This document shows, one piece after another, positions 29,729 through 39,825 of a DNA stretch of 64,000 nt. This DNA comes from a virus. Location: positions 92,621-156,620 of the IMG/VR virus record IMGVR_UViG_3300046779_001735; one strand, 5' to 3'. The translations under genes were made by a program, and so were the position numbers. A model generated the notes under the pieces. That model was not told where the DNA came from and did no database searches. It was given only the letters and a program-made list of their open reading frames with translations. Numbering within the stretch: position 1 is the stretch's first letter; the number at the start of each line of letters is the position of its first letter.

Positions 29729-30966
29729 AAACATTGCATCACTGCTGACTGTACCTGCCACAGTGGCATGGCATCATTATGAGTTTTGTAGTCAGGATAT
29801 TGATCATACAATGCAAGATGTTGATGCCATTCGGTACCTTGTCTGCTGTTTAATGTATTCCGTATGGCCTGTTGCATATTGACCATGTATTCATTAACAA
29901 CCTGAGAAAAGAAAACTTGGCTGAAAAAATGTTGTTGGTTACGTTCTGCAATTCGTCTAAGAGCCTGATGTAATTGAATTTTTTTCGCTTGCGGCATACG
30001 CGAGATTCTTTGCATTTCTTGAGCAATACATCTTAGGCGTTGCACTGGGTCAACTTCTTGGTCATAGCTTTCATCTATCAATGTGTCAAAGGTTTCAAAT
30101 CCATAGTTTTGCAAATAGCGCAGACTGCCCGCGGGAGCAACCAGTATAAACGGTTGAGCACATGCTAGAGGCCTAAGAGTTTTTTCGGTCAAATATATAC
30201 GTGATTCATCAAATATGGTTTCAAGTACAACGTCAATAGCACAAGAGGTGTAATGATCTGCGTCATAGGTGGCACTATTGTGACTACTAACTTGAGTATT
30301 ACCAAATAGATTTTCAAGGTCCAGGTTGTGGATGTCAAATCTTGGGTTAACAAACTTATGATCAAGATAACACCCTTGATCCTGCGTGCTAAATGTTACC
30401 CTGCAATGATGTGCAATGTCTGACAACATTGATAACAACAACAGTCTATACTCTCTTGATCCTGACCAAGCTCTGGCATAGATATTAAAATCATATGTCA
30501 AAGTATTATGCTGCTGAAGTCTTGGATCAACCATGGCATACCTATACCAATCACGAGCTAATAATGCATGACTCCATACATACACCGGTTCAAATCCATT
30601 TGCATGATACTGTTCAACCTGACTGCTGTTATATTCACTGTGAGTTAGAATACATCGATCATGAATGTTTATTTCACAGGCACTGCGCAGATTACGGGCA
30701 AACCAAAACTGTCTAAACTGTTCTGGCCAGTCCTTAAACCATGTGACATCATTAAGATTATTAGCACCATATAGATCCCAGTTCAGTGGTTCTTGATCAT
30801 GGCATATCATAATAGGTCGCGTAACACAGTCAAACATTGTATAATCACGCTTGGGTGTGAGATGTTCTAGGTTTTTGGAACCATGAGGCCAAAAGCGATA
30901 AATTACAAGGTCCTGTTTGATTACATCATCAAGGTAATCATATAGAGTATCCAATGGAACAAACAT
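29725..30966 (-). CDS. Glycosyltransferase-like protein
   Basis: VVLET..YLTEKTLRPL..QPFI..GFETF..IDESYD motif. Confidence 0.55.
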   Translation of the reverse strand: MFVPLDTLYDYLDDVIKQDLVIYRFWPHGSKNLEHLTPKRDYTMFDCVTRPIMICHDQEPLNWDLYGANNLNDVTWFKDWPEQFRQFWFARNLRSACEINIHDRCILTHSEYNSSQVEQYHANGFEPVYVWSHALLARDWYRYAMVDPRLQQHNTLTYDFNIYARAWSGSREYRLLLLSMLSDIAHHCRVTFSTQDQGCYLDHKFVNPRFDIHNLDLENLFGNTQVSSHNSATYDADHYTSCAIDVVLETIFDESRIYLTEKTLRPLACAQPFILVAPAGSLRYLQNYGFETFDTLIDESYDQEVDPVQRLRCIAQEMQRISRMPQAKKIQLHQALRRIAERNQQHFFSQVFFSQVVNEYMVNMQQAIRNTLNSRQGTEWHQHLALYDQYPDYKTHNDAMPLWQVQSAVMQCF

Positions 30967-30988
30967 AAACCTACTTATAGGAACACTA

Positions 30989-32203
30989 ATGAAACTACAA
31001 GTTTATCAACACTGGGATCCGTTAAAAGTTTGTATTGTGGGTGCTTGTTGGCCACCAGAAGCATTTGCTTATATCAAGGATGCTAAGTTACGATCAATAT
31101 TTGAACGCATAGCAATTGAAACCGAAGAAGACCTTGGTACACTTTGTAGGTTTTTAGAACAACGAGGCGTCACAGTTCTTCGACCTGATGTCAATCGTTG
31201 GCAGGAACTTGATTTGCAAGGGGAAATGCCCATGCCTCCGGTCACACCAAGAGATTATCATATCATGATCGGTGATACGTTTTATTACGCAGGAACCTGG
31301 AAGCGTGTGGTATATGCTGATCATTTTGATGAATGGCCCGGATGGAATAGATTTTATCGTGATATTAAACAGCCAGACTGGCCTAGCTGTCAAAACGAAC
31401 GCGACTTTGTTAACCTACCCACACGAGTTCAAGACCTAGTATATAATTGCGGATATCTGCGTATACGAAACAGCGAATGGTATCGCATGGCCGAAAAGCA
31501 TACCAATCCTGTGGGTGTGTTTGATTCAATATACCGTTACATAGATCAACGCGGAAACGATCGTAGATATACCACACATCATGAGTTTGTTAATGGTAGC
31601 ATGGTTACGAGAGTAGGCCGTGATTTGTTTTTTGCAACAGAGTGGTATGGTGGCATGACCAACGGTTTGAGTATGCTTGCTGGAAAAATTGCAGGCAAAC
31701 AGTTTCGCCCACATGTGATTGACACCGGTGGTCATAGTGATGGAACATTTTGTCCTGTGGCCCCGGGTCTAATTATCAGCTATCATGATCAAACCACATA
31801 TGAAAAAAGTTTTCCAGGTTGGGAAGTAGTGTATGGCAGTGATCGTAGTTTTCTTGAAACCGTAGCTGACTGGAGAGAACTGCGTAAGTGGGGATATGGA
31901 CGATACTACTTACAGGGACAAGAACAAAGCTCACAGCTCAAAGACTTCCTTGATACCTATATGCGGCATTGGACAGGTAATGCAGTGGAAACCAAATTTT
32001 TTGTAAACATCTTAATGGTTGATCCCAAGACAGCAGTTGTGAGTCAGTATGATGAAAATGTTGTACGTGCCATGGAACGTTATGGCATTACATGCCATGT
32101 GTTACCAATGCGCCATCAGTTTTTCTGGGACGCTGGCACACATTGTCATACTTGTGATCTAGATCGGGCGGGTGATATGCAAGATTTTTTTAAAAAGGCC
32201 TAG
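30989..32203 (+). CDS. Amidinotransferase family protein (with internal insertion)
   Basis: WDPLKVCIVG, PRD, HSDG, NIL, GTHCHTCDL. Confidence 0.8.
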   Translation: MKLQVYQHWDPLKVCIVGACWPPEAFAYIKDAKLRSIFERIAIETEEDLGTLCRFLEQRGVTVLRPDVNRWQELDLQGEMPMPPVTPRDYHIMIGDTFYYAGTWKRVVYADHFDEWPGWNRFYRDIKQPDWPSCQNERDFVNLPTRVQDLVYNCGYLRIRNSEWYRMAEKHTNPVGVFDSIYRYIDQRGNDRRYTTHHEFVNGSMVTRVGRDLFFATEWYGGMTNGLSMLAGKIAGKQFRPHVIDTGGHSDGTFCPVAPGLIISYHDQTTYEKSFPGWEVVYGSDRSFLETVADWRELRKWGYGRYYLQGQEQSSQLKDFLDTYMRHWTGNAVETKFFVNILMVDPKTAVVSQYDENVVRAMERYGITCHVLPMRHQFFWDAGTHCHTCDLDRAGDMQDFFKKA

Positions 32204-32988
32204 CGCCATAAATTACGCCAACTGTCTTCGATTAATGTAGATATGGCACTATGTTCTAAATTTATTACAATACCCACGCGATCCCGCTGGCTTCGATTAT
32301 GCACCCAATGGGGATGATTAAATGTATCAATTAGTCCAACCCAATCTTGTTTAATAGGTACCATGCCAAATCCCGCTATACCAAAGTCGTTTCCTTCATC
32401 CCACTGTGCTCCCCAAAAAATACTGCTTAGGCCAATCTTCATGCCTTGGTTATAGTCCATGTGAGGATCAAGATACTCTGTGGGAGGTAACATAAACGCT
32501 GTAACTGAATAAAGATTATGCTCTTGTACCAAATTTTGAACAAACAACCTTATGGGATGATTTGCATCCAAGGCCCATGCACACTGCATCTTATTCCTAA
32601 ATCTTCGAGCCATTGTATATTCAACATAAAGTGTGCCTGTATATGTTTCGGTTAGCCAATCTTCTGGACCAAAAAGAATTCTTCCTTGCCATAGGCGCTG
32701 TTCTGGTTCAGACTCTAACCTTTGCGTGGTGTTATGTCCTACCCAGTTAGATTGAGTAAACGCAGTATTTTGTAACGAATCAATGGTCAGACCTTCAGGA
32801 TAAAACCATTTTTTTATGTCTGCTTCGAACTCATTTGCATCTAACTTTGGCGGGTTGACAGACAAAGGCAACCAAGGAATGCCTGAAAATATTATTTTGT
32901 TAAAATCAACATCTTGGCGATCAATGTGTGCTTGACGCAAGCGTTGCACTAGCGGAAACTGATCATGAAATATCTCTGTTTGATTCAT
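32200..32988 (-). CDS. 2OG-Fe(II)/Asp-Asn beta-hydroxylase-like protein
   Basis: LPP..YLDPHMD ... PHWVHNRS..DR; start uncertain (33027 possible). Confidence 0.5.
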   Translation of the reverse strand: MNQTEIFHDQFPLVQRLRQAHIDRQDVDFNKIIFSGIPWLPLSVNPPKLDANEFEADIKKWFYPEGLTIDSLQNTAFTQSNWVGHNTTQRLESEPEQRLWQGRILFGPEDWLTETYTGTLYVEYTMARRFRNKMQCAWALDANHPIRLFVQNLVQEHNLYSVTAFMLPPTEYLDPHMDYNQGMKIGLSSIFWGAQWDEGNDFGIAGFGMVPIKQDWVGLIDTFNHPHWVHNRSQRDRVGIVINLEHSAISTLIEDSWRNLWR

Positions 32989-33451
32989 AAAGCGACTTTC
33001 TGTATGGAGTGAGTTTGGCGAAAGCATACAATGCCCAACGCCAAATTGGGGTTTCTATATCTAGAGTGTATAATCCAGGATAATCAAAATGCGTGCCAGG
33101 CTCATAGTATTCAACTGGATTTTGATGATTGAACAAGGTATGATCGGGGTATTGTTTGCCTAAATGAATATCGTGTGGATTGAGATCAATACCGTCTGCG
33201 ATGATTCCTTTAATTTGCACTCGGTTATCAATAATCCAAAGATTATTCAAATCTCCTACATGTATCTGAAGTTGGTCAAACCTACCTAGTGTAAGTTCTT
33301 GTTCAAGCATGTTTAAGCCATTGCTCAGTAATTGAGTTGTGGTGTTTTGATCAAACCTTGATGAAATTTTAATAGGCACTGCATCCAGGGTACTAAGTTC
33401 TGAGTAAAACCATACTTGTATCTTGGTAATTTTTTTGTCTTGGTGTGTCAT
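32963..33451 (-). CDS. Hypothetical protein
   Basis: ATG 6 nt downstream of TAATTA. Confidence 0.5.
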   Translation of the reverse strand: MTHQDKKITKIQVWFYSELSTLDAVPIKISSRFDQNTTTQLLSNGLNMLEQELTLGRFDQLQIHVGDLNNLWIIDNRVQIKGIIADGIDLNPHDIHLGKQYPDHTLFNHQNPVEYYEPGTHFDYPGLYTLDIETPIWRWALYAFAKLTPYRKSLYESNRDIS

Positions 33452-33490
33452 ATGCAATAATTATTGATAACCTTTACATCGGGAGAATTT

Positions 33491-34744
33491 ATGAACAAAA
33501 TTGGTTTTATAGGACTAGGCAAGCTAGGGCTTGATTGCGCTGAGGTTTTCGCTGAAAAATATCAAACTTCAGGTTATGATATTTATCCACGATCAAGCCA
33601 TTCTGTGCAAGTGTACACAGACATAGGTGAGATGATCAACACCAGCGATTGGATATTCATTGCTGTGCCTACACCGCATGCCGAAGGCTATGACGGATCA
33701 GTGCCTAGTTCGCACATGGAGCCTAAAGACTTTGGGCATGATGCTGTGATAGATGCGATCAACAACATCAATGCTCATGCTACATCGCCAAAAAAGGTAG
33801 TTTTAATTTCAACGGTGTTGCCCGGAACCACACGACGCAAATTTATTAGTTTACTTGATCCCATGCACTCGTTTTTGTACAACCCATATTTGATTGCCAT
33901 GGGGTCGGTTAAGTGGGACATGTCTAACCCTGAAATGGTAATCATTGGTACTGAAGACGGCAGTGTCACAGGTGTTGCGGGCGAGCTAATTGAGCTTTAT
34001 CGTGGCATCATGAAAAACGATCCAAGATACGAAGTAGGTACCTGGGATGAATGTGAAGCAATCAAGATCTTTTACAACACATTTATTTCGGCCAAGGTTG
34101 GCTTGGCCAACATGATACAGGACTTTGCTCTAAGGATCGGTAATATTAATGTGGATGTTGTAACAAATGCTTTAGCTCGCAGCAACATGCGTATCATGGG
34201 ACCTAAGTACATGACCGCAGGCATGGGCGATGCTGGTGCTTGCCATCCACGTGACAACATAGCACTGCGTTGGTTAGCGCAAGAATATGATATTGGCTAT
34301 GACTTGTTTGACACCATCATGCATGCTCGTGAAATACAGGCACGTAATCTTGCTGAGTTTTTAGTGAAACAATCTTATGGTGCACTAGATGGCAAAGACT
34401 TACCCATTGCCATACACGGCAAAGCCTATAAGCCTGATGTTGAATATTGTATTGGCAGTTATTCAACATTGGTTGGACATTATGTCAAGCAAATGGGCTA
34501 CAAGGTCAAGTACATTGATCCCTTGGCTGACGATACCACTGATGTTGTTACAGATCTTGGTGATGTTCCACATGTGGTGTTATGGGCACACAATCGCAAG
34601 ATCACATACGAATACACAGGTGATCAACAAGACACACAACCTTACTGCGCAATACCGCAAGGCTCAATTATTGTAGATCCGTGGCGCAAACTAAAACCAA
34701 CAGCAAAGCACACTGTGATTCATTATGGTAATACCAGACACTAA
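33491..34744 (+). CDS. ugd: UDP-glucose/GDP-mannose dehydrogenase
   Basis: GFIGLGKLG, IAVPTP, ISTVLPGT, KIFYNTF, GACHPRD, AYKP. Confidence 0.88.
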   Translation: MNKIGFIGLGKLGLDCAEVFAEKYQTSGYDIYPRSSHSVQVYTDIGEMINTSDWIFIAVPTPHAEGYDGSVPSSHMEPKDFGHDAVIDAINNINAHATSPKKVVLISTVLPGTTRRKFISLLDPMHSFLYNPYLIAMGSVKWDMSNPEMVIIGTEDGSVTGVAGELIELYRGIMKNDPRYEVGTWDECEAIKIFYNTFISAKVGLANMIQDFALRIGNINVDVVTNALARSNMRIMGPKYMTAGMGDAGACHPRDNIALRWLAQEYDIGYDLFDTIMHAREIQARNLAEFLVKQSYGALDGKDLPIAIHGKAYKPDVEYCIGSYSTLVGHYVKQMGYKVKYIDPLADDTTDVVTDLGDVPHVVLWAHNRKITYEYTGDQQDTQPYCAIPQGSIIVDPWRKLKPTAKHTVIHYGNTRH

Positions 34745-34745
34745 C

Positions 34746-35243
34746 ATGTGGGCCCAAGGGTCTATTTCAGATCCTTGGTGGGGCACACAACATCGAAGTC
34801 TTGATTACATCAATGAACCTTTTAATAATTTAGACTCAGTCGCTCGCTGGCGCGAACTTGGTTACACACAGACCAAATTCACAGGCGATATGTATGACAT
34901 GCGTCAACCAGAACCTGTTTGGATATCTGGATTTCGCGAAATGTTTCCGTTGCGATATTTCAGTTGGAGTGTGTATCGTATGACTCCGGGTTGTACCCTC
35001 CCGGAACATGGAGACACCTATGCGTTTTTCAAGAAAAAGCACAGGCTGGCAGAAGATACCACAATCGTTCGCATAATAGTGTTCTTAGAAGAATGGCAAA
35101 GCGGTCACTATCTTGAAATGAACAAACGTCCTGTGATAAAATGGGACAAGGGAGATTGGGTATGCTGGGGCAACCAATTTTTGCATCTTGCTGCCAATGT
35201 TGGGCAAACCAACCGTTACACTCTACAAATCACAGGAATCTAA
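34746..35243 (+). CDS. 2OG-Fe(II) oxygenase-like protein
   Basis: PGCTLPEHGD, FLEEWQSGH, HLAANVG..RYTLQITG. Confidence 0.7.
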   Translation: MWAQGSISDPWWGTQHRSLDYINEPFNNLDSVARWRELGYTQTKFTGDMYDMRQPEPVWISGFREMFPLRYFSWSVYRMTPGCTLPEHGDTYAFFKKKHRLAEDTTIVRIIVFLEEWQSGHYLEMNKRPVIKWDKGDWVCWGNQFLHLAANVGQTNRYTLQITGI

Positions 35244-35244
35244 T

Positions 35245-36162
35245 ATGACTGTTTACAGCCGCAACGAATGGGATCCACTCAAACGAATTCTTGTGGGATC
35301 AGCTACCAATGCAAATTGGCCTAGCGCAGATCCGGTATTCGCCGAGGAATCTAGCCGTACCAAATGGACCAAAACTCCAGTGCCATCTGGACCAGTTCCA
35401 CAGCACATTATAGATACCGCCAACGCAGAACTTGACAAATTAAGTGAAGTATTGTATAATCTAGGAATTGAAGTATGGCGACCGGATCCAATTGATTTCG
35501 TGGGTCGAGGTGGTATGTACAACTATTGCCCAAGAGATCGACTGTTGATTGGTGACGACGTGGTTGTTGATCCAGCAATGCTGTATCCCTGTAGAGACAT
35601 GGAAATTGAAGAAATGGATTTCATACTCCGGGATGCTGCTGACGTGTTGCGAATGCCAAGAGATCAGGGCATGGTACTTGACGCTGCAAACGTGTGTAGG
35701 CTTGGCGACAACTGGCTATATTTAGAAAGCCAAAGTGGTAATAAAGCAGCATATGATTGGTTGTGTGAGAAGTTCCCGCACAAGAACATTGAACTAGTAA
35801 ACTTTTACGCTGGTGTTCACATTGATTCTACCATAGCACCTTTACAAGAAGGTTTGGTGTTACTAAATGGTGATAGAGTCAACGAAAACAATCTACCGCA
35901 CTGTCTTGAACGCTGGGACAGAATTTATGTTAATCAAATAGTGGAGCGGGACTTTTATCAGTACCCTTATGCCAGCAAATGGATAGGAATGAACATCTTG
36001 GTAGTACGGCCCGGACTAGTGGTGGTGGACGAAATACAAACCACACTGATACAGGCTCTGGAAGCACGCGGAATAGAGTGCATCACACTACCACTCACAC
36101 ACAGTCGCACACTAGGAGGTGGCTTTCACTGCACCACTCTAGACATCTGGCGCCAGCCTTAG
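35245..36162 (+). CDS. Amidinotransferase (glycine/inosamine-phosphate type)
   Basis: NEWDPLKRILVG, YCPRD, DAAN, HIDST, LGGGFHCTTLD. Confidence 0.9.
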   Translation: MTVYSRNEWDPLKRILVGSATNANWPSADPVFAEESSRTKWTKTPVPSGPVPQHIIDTANAELDKLSEVLYNLGIEVWRPDPIDFVGRGGMYNYCPRDRLLIGDDVVVDPAMLYPCRDMEIEEMDFILRDAADVLRMPRDQGMVLDAANVCRLGDNWLYLESQSGNKAAYDWLCEKFPHKNIELVNFYAGVHIDSTIAPLQEGLVLLNGDRVNENNLPHCLERWDRIYVNQIVERDFYQYPYASKWIGMNILVVRPGLVVVDEIQTTLIQALEARGIECITLPLTHSRTLGGGFHCTTLDIWRQP

Positions 36163-36578
36163 ACTACCCAAAACTTTATTTTGCCTATGGCAGCAATCTA
36201 AATCATGATCAGATGAGTTGGCGTTGTCCAACTGCTCGGTTCGTGAAAAGATTTGATCTGCGAGGTTGGCAGTTGGCATTTGGTGCTCATGCCACTATTG
36301 TACCCAAACGAGGTGCACGAGTTCCCGGAGCATTATGGTTGGTACAACCGCAGGATTTTCAAGCTCTTGATCGGTACGAAGGCTATCCAATCTATTATAC
36401 TAGGCGTCGTTGGCGCCAAGATGGTGAGCACTTCTTTTTCTATGAAATTACAGGCCCTGCACAGGGCTACCCCAGTCCAGGCTACATTCAAGGTATATTA
36501 GAAGGCTACCAAGATTGTGGTATAACCGAACCTCAATGGAGCCAAAATCTTGCACCATATATCCCATCTAGTGTATAA
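36129..36578 (+). CDS. Gamma-glutamylcyclotransferase (AIG2/GGCT) family protein
   Basis: YFAYGSNL, ATIVP, LDRYEGYP; start uncertain (CTG 36129 after AGGAGGT). Confidence 0.8.
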   Translation: MHHSRHLAPALDYPKLYFAYGSNLNHDQMSWRCPTARFVKRFDLRGWQLAFGAHATIVPKRGARVPGALWLVQPQDFQALDRYEGYPIYYTRRRWRQDGEHFFFYEITGPAQGYPSPGYIQGILEGYQDCGITEPQWSQNLAPYIPSSV

Positions 36579-36585
36579 TCAGGCT

Positions 36586-37611
36586 ATGACTACATCTAGT
36601 GTAAAACAGCGTATTGGATTCTGTTGCAAATGGCTAACTGATCCTGCGGAGGTAGCAGGCAAGCGTGTAGCCGCTACTGATCATAACACTCGCACCACTA
36701 CTGTGGCCTGGCTTAACCGCCAGAATCGAGATGATGCTGTGGAAAAACTGTGGAGTCTGGTGAAGTTTAACATTGATGCAACCAAACGTTTAGTTGAAAG
36801 AGTAGGAGCACAAGATGCACGATGTCATATGGTACGCATTGGCAGTGATATTCTTCCTATGTACACTCAGCCTGATTGGAGCTGGTTTTATCGTGAACCG
36901 GATTTTAGATCTTACGCCGAGACACATTTTGCAGAAGTGGGACGGTTGGCTCGTGCCCTTGACGTACGGTTGTCTTTTCATCCTGGTCAGTACTGTGTTC
37001 TTGCAAGTGATAATGACAACATCGTTGAACGTAGCATTGAAGAGTTTGAGTATCATGTAGACATGGCTCGCTGGATGGGTTATGGTAGTGCATGGCATGA
37101 TCATGGATTCAAGATCAATATACATCTTAGTGGGCGCGGCGGCGCCGAGAAGTTTGTGCGCACACTAGGTCGTTTGACACCCGAGGCTCGCAACCTCATA
37201 ACCATAGAAAATGATGAAATTGGAAATGGCCTTGATACTGTTCTTGACATGGTTCAGCATTGCGCTGTTGTTCTGGACATTCACCATAATTGGATTAAAA
37301 CCGGCGAATACATCGACCCGCAGGATTCTCGGGTCATGCGGGTTATTGAGTCTTGGCGTGGTGTGCGCCCTGCTCTTCATTACAGTGTTAGTCGCGAAGA
37401 TCTTTTGTTGGATCATGATCGCGGAGTACGACCCGATCTTAATTCGCTTATTGATCGAGGTTTTAACAAACAAAAGCTCCGGGCTCACAGCGATTTCTAC
37501 TGGAATGATGCTGTGAATCAGTGGGCGCTTGGCTTTGCTGATAGCTTTGACATACAATGCGAAAGCAAGGGAAAGAATCTTGCACGCGACCAACTTTTGG
37601 CCTTGATATAA
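36586..37611 (+). CDS. uvsE: UV-damage endonuclease
   Basis: RIGFCC, RIGSD, RLSFHPGQY, IENDE, LDIHH, AHSD, ESKGK; TTGCAC-18-TATAAT promoter. Confidence 0.92.
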   Translation: MTTSSVKQRIGFCCKWLTDPAEVAGKRVAATDHNTRTTTVAWLNRQNRDDAVEKLWSLVKFNIDATKRLVERVGAQDARCHMVRIGSDILPMYTQPDWSWFYREPDFRSYAETHFAEVGRLARALDVRLSFHPGQYCVLASDNDNIVERSIEEFEYHVDMARWMGYGSAWHDHGFKINIHLSGRGGAEKFVRTLGRLTPEARNLITIENDEIGNGLDTVLDMVQHCAVVLDIHHNWIKTGEYIDPQDSRVMRVIESWRGVRPALHYSVSREDLLLDHDRGVRPDLNSLIDRGFNKQKLRAHSDFYWNDAVNQWALGFADSFDIQCESKGKNLARDQLLALI

Positions 37612-37895
37612 TGGAATGGTTACAAGACATGTTGTACTTTTTAATGTTGCCAGGGCTAGTATTGGTCATGGCAGCATTTACCATGAAAGGCAGCACACCC
37701 AGACGTTACAAAATTGTTAAAGAAACTAATTCAATAGGTGAAACTCACTGGGAGGTTTGGTTTGAATACGCAGCTATGCCGTTTAATTCAGATACCTGGC
37801 GCATGGAAGAAAGATTTGATACTGAGCAACTGGCCACTGACTTTATAGCAAGACGCAGTGTATTGCGCGAAACTGTAAAAGAAGGCACATTATGA
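37611..37895 (+). CDS. Hypothetical membrane-anchored protein
   Basis: N-terminal TM helix; start overlaps the uvsE stop. Confidence 0.5.
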   Translation: MEWLQDMLYFLMLPGLVLVMAAFTMKGSTPRRYKIVKETNSIGETHWEVWFEYAAMPFNSDTWRMEERFDTEQLATDFIARRSVLRETVKEGTL

Positions 37896-37904
37896 TGTTA
37901 AAAA

Positions 37905-38195
37905 ATGATTGATCTTTTAAAACCCACGTTTGACTGGATACGGGATGATTGGAAGTCATATCCAATGCGCTTTATTCTTGAGCTGTTGGCTTGGGCCGGA
38001 TCTATTGCCTGTTCACTTATCATGGCAATTACAGTGCCTAATCCTCCGCTTTTGGCTTTATATCCTTTGTGGATCACTTGTTGTGCTATCTACTCTTGGG
38101 CCGCTTGGACTCGTAAATCCTTTGGGATGTTAGCTAATTACATTCTGCTCACTACTATTGATACACTTGGGCTGGTAAGATTACTCAATATATGA
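37905..38195 (+). CDS. Small multi-TM membrane protein
   Basis: Three hydrophobic segments; common in T4-like aquatic phages. Confidence 0.65.
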   Translation: MIDLLKPTFDWIRDDWKSYPMRFILELLAWAGSIACSLIMAITVPNPPLLALYPLWITCCAIYSWAAWTRKSFGMLANYILLTTIDTLGLVRLLNI

Positions 38196-38467
38196 ATTCA
38201 AATTGTTACTGCTGGGAGTGTTGCAATAATCATGCGATTTTTGAACTAGAGACCAAAGGCATTTCCCATCATGTCACCGAAGGCATGAACCGTATGTTTT
38301 TATGCCCAAAGTGCGGAAACAAGCGGTGCCCTCGAGCCACAAGTCATAGAGAACCTTGTTCAGGCTCTAATGAGCCCGGACAGCTAGGCAGCCGGTTTGG
38401 GATTTACCCTAATCCCAACAAACGTTTATTTGATTTTGTTGAGGGCAAAGATCAAGTAGATTCTTGA
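38192..38467 (+). CDS. Cys-rich zinc-binding hypothetical protein
   Basis: CYCWEC...CPKCGNKRCPRATSH..CSGSNEPGQ. Confidence 0.6.
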   Translation: MNSNCYCWECCNNHAIFELETKGISHHVTEGMNRMFLCPKCGNKRCPRATSHREPCSGSNEPGQLGSRFGIYPNPNKRLFDFVEGKDQVDS

Positions 38468-38682
38468 TCTGTTTTCTTTTTGCGACCGGCGGACTTGGCT
38501 TTGGTCTTAACTACTTCCACAGCGGCTTCTGCATCTTTGGCATCCACTTTACCATCTTGGTTCACGTCAAGCTTTTTCGTGAATGATTCCAATGGATGTC
38601 CGTTTTCTTCAAGGTTGCGCTCTTTCCAGATCCACCAACCAACACCACCCAAAACTATCAATATGATAACTAGCAATTCCAT
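38452..38682 (-). CDS. Membrane-anchored protein with EF-hand-like loop
   Basis: TM helix, DVNQDGKVDAKD, basic tail; AGGAG RBS; TAAATA on the minus strand near 38707. Confidence 0.6.
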   Translation of the reverse strand: MELLVIILIVLGGVGWWIWKERNLEENGHPLESFTKKLDVNQDGKVDAKDAEAAVEVVKTKAKSAGRKKKTDQEST

Positions 38683-38728
38683 GGCTATTTCTCCTTTAAC
38701 GATATATATTTAACCCGTGGAAAAAGCT

Positions 38729-39607
38729 ATGAGTCAATTAATAATAACACTTGGAAACGAGCAACAAAGCATGGATTTGGTATTTGACGTGTTGGATATA
38801 CCAGTGGCTCAAAGATGGCTAGACCAAGTTCGTATGTTCTGCGCATTGGGCAGTCCTTTTGATGATCGAGAACGTTTTTATAATTTTCCTCACACAAGAT
38901 TTACTCGTGAGTACTGCGTTGAACATTTGAACAATTTGGTGAATATACTACGTCCCTGGGTGCCAGAACTACACTCACTAGACTGTTCTGATCTAGATCA
39001 AAACACACTTAATCAACTACACCATGTGTTTGAAATCTATCATGGATTGTATGATGATCAAAAAAATAATGCTCGTTATCAACGAATGCCTGTGTTGGCT
39101 CAAACTGCTGTTTCCGATCTCAACATCTGGATACACAGGATAGAAACACTGGGTTCGGATCCTAGATTTGTAATGACCTGGCATACCAAGCCCATTAGAC
39201 TACCATTGTCCCAACAAGATTTTGAAATTATGACATTAGAGGAATCCTGGGGAGATCTGCGTCTTAACTATTGTGAAATTGGTAAAACTCTAGAATGTCT
39301 TTGGCAGGACAATGACACACACATTTCTCCTGATGCTTTTAAGCCCATGCGGCACTTTAGTTTAGACTTTGTGGTTAAATTTGGAGAACACAACTTGTTT
39401 TATTATCAAAATCGAGCCAGGGCAATTTGGCAGTATTTTGAGAAGAACCAAAAATTTTTTGCTCAAATTGGCTATAACAAACACACACCCGGCCTAGAAC
39501 TTGGATCAATTACTGTGGCACAGATACGCTACACAGGCAAACGCAATCAACTAATACAAGAAATTGGACAGCATGCTAGGATACATGCGGTTACTGTGAT
39601 AGATTAA
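38729..39607 (+). CDS. Hypothetical protein
   Basis: LNQLHHVFE..HG, LNIWIHRIE, LNYCEIGK. Confidence 0.6.
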   Translation: MSQLIITLGNEQQSMDLVFDVLDIPVAQRWLDQVRMFCALGSPFDDRERFYNFPHTRFTREYCVEHLNNLVNILRPWVPELHSLDCSDLDQNTLNQLHHVFEIYHGLYDDQKNNARYQRMPVLAQTAVSDLNIWIHRIETLGSDPRFVMTWHTKPIRLPLSQQDFEIMTLEESWGDLRLNYCEIGKTLECLWQDNDTHISPDAFKPMRHFSLDFVVKFGEHNLFYYQNRARAIWQYFEKNQKFFAQIGYNKHTPGLELGSITVAQIRYTGKRNQLIQEIGQHARIHAVTVID

Positions 39608-39765
39608 TCTTTCACTCTACATTCAGCACGTATATCAGATTTTACCAAAGTTAATCGTTTGTTCCAGACATTTTCTGCGTCACGACATTCGCGCTCGTTT
39701 TTGAATAGTTGATGTACCGCGTAATTTTCGGGGTAAGTTAACCAAAAAACCAAAATCCAAGTCAT
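39604..39765 (-). CDS. Small protein (53 aa, not in ORF track)
   Basis: MTWILVFWLTYPENYAVHQLFKNERECRDAENVWNKRLTLVKSDIRAECRVKD; GAGG RBS and TAAATA on the minus strand near 39790. Confidence 0.6.
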   Translation of the reverse strand: MTWILVFWLTYPENYAVHQLFKNERECRDAENVWNKRLTLVKSDIRAECRVKD

Positions 39766-39825
39766 GTAATATACCCTCTTTGGAAAAAATATTTAGCCAA
39801 AATTCAGTGCTTTGAGCATGATAAT

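Noticed and set aside
36550-36585. LexA (SOS) box before uvsE, dnaE, ligase or clpP
   Set aside because: No CTGT-N8-ACAG match; the nearest (CTG-N8-CAG near 44443) has the wrong spacing.
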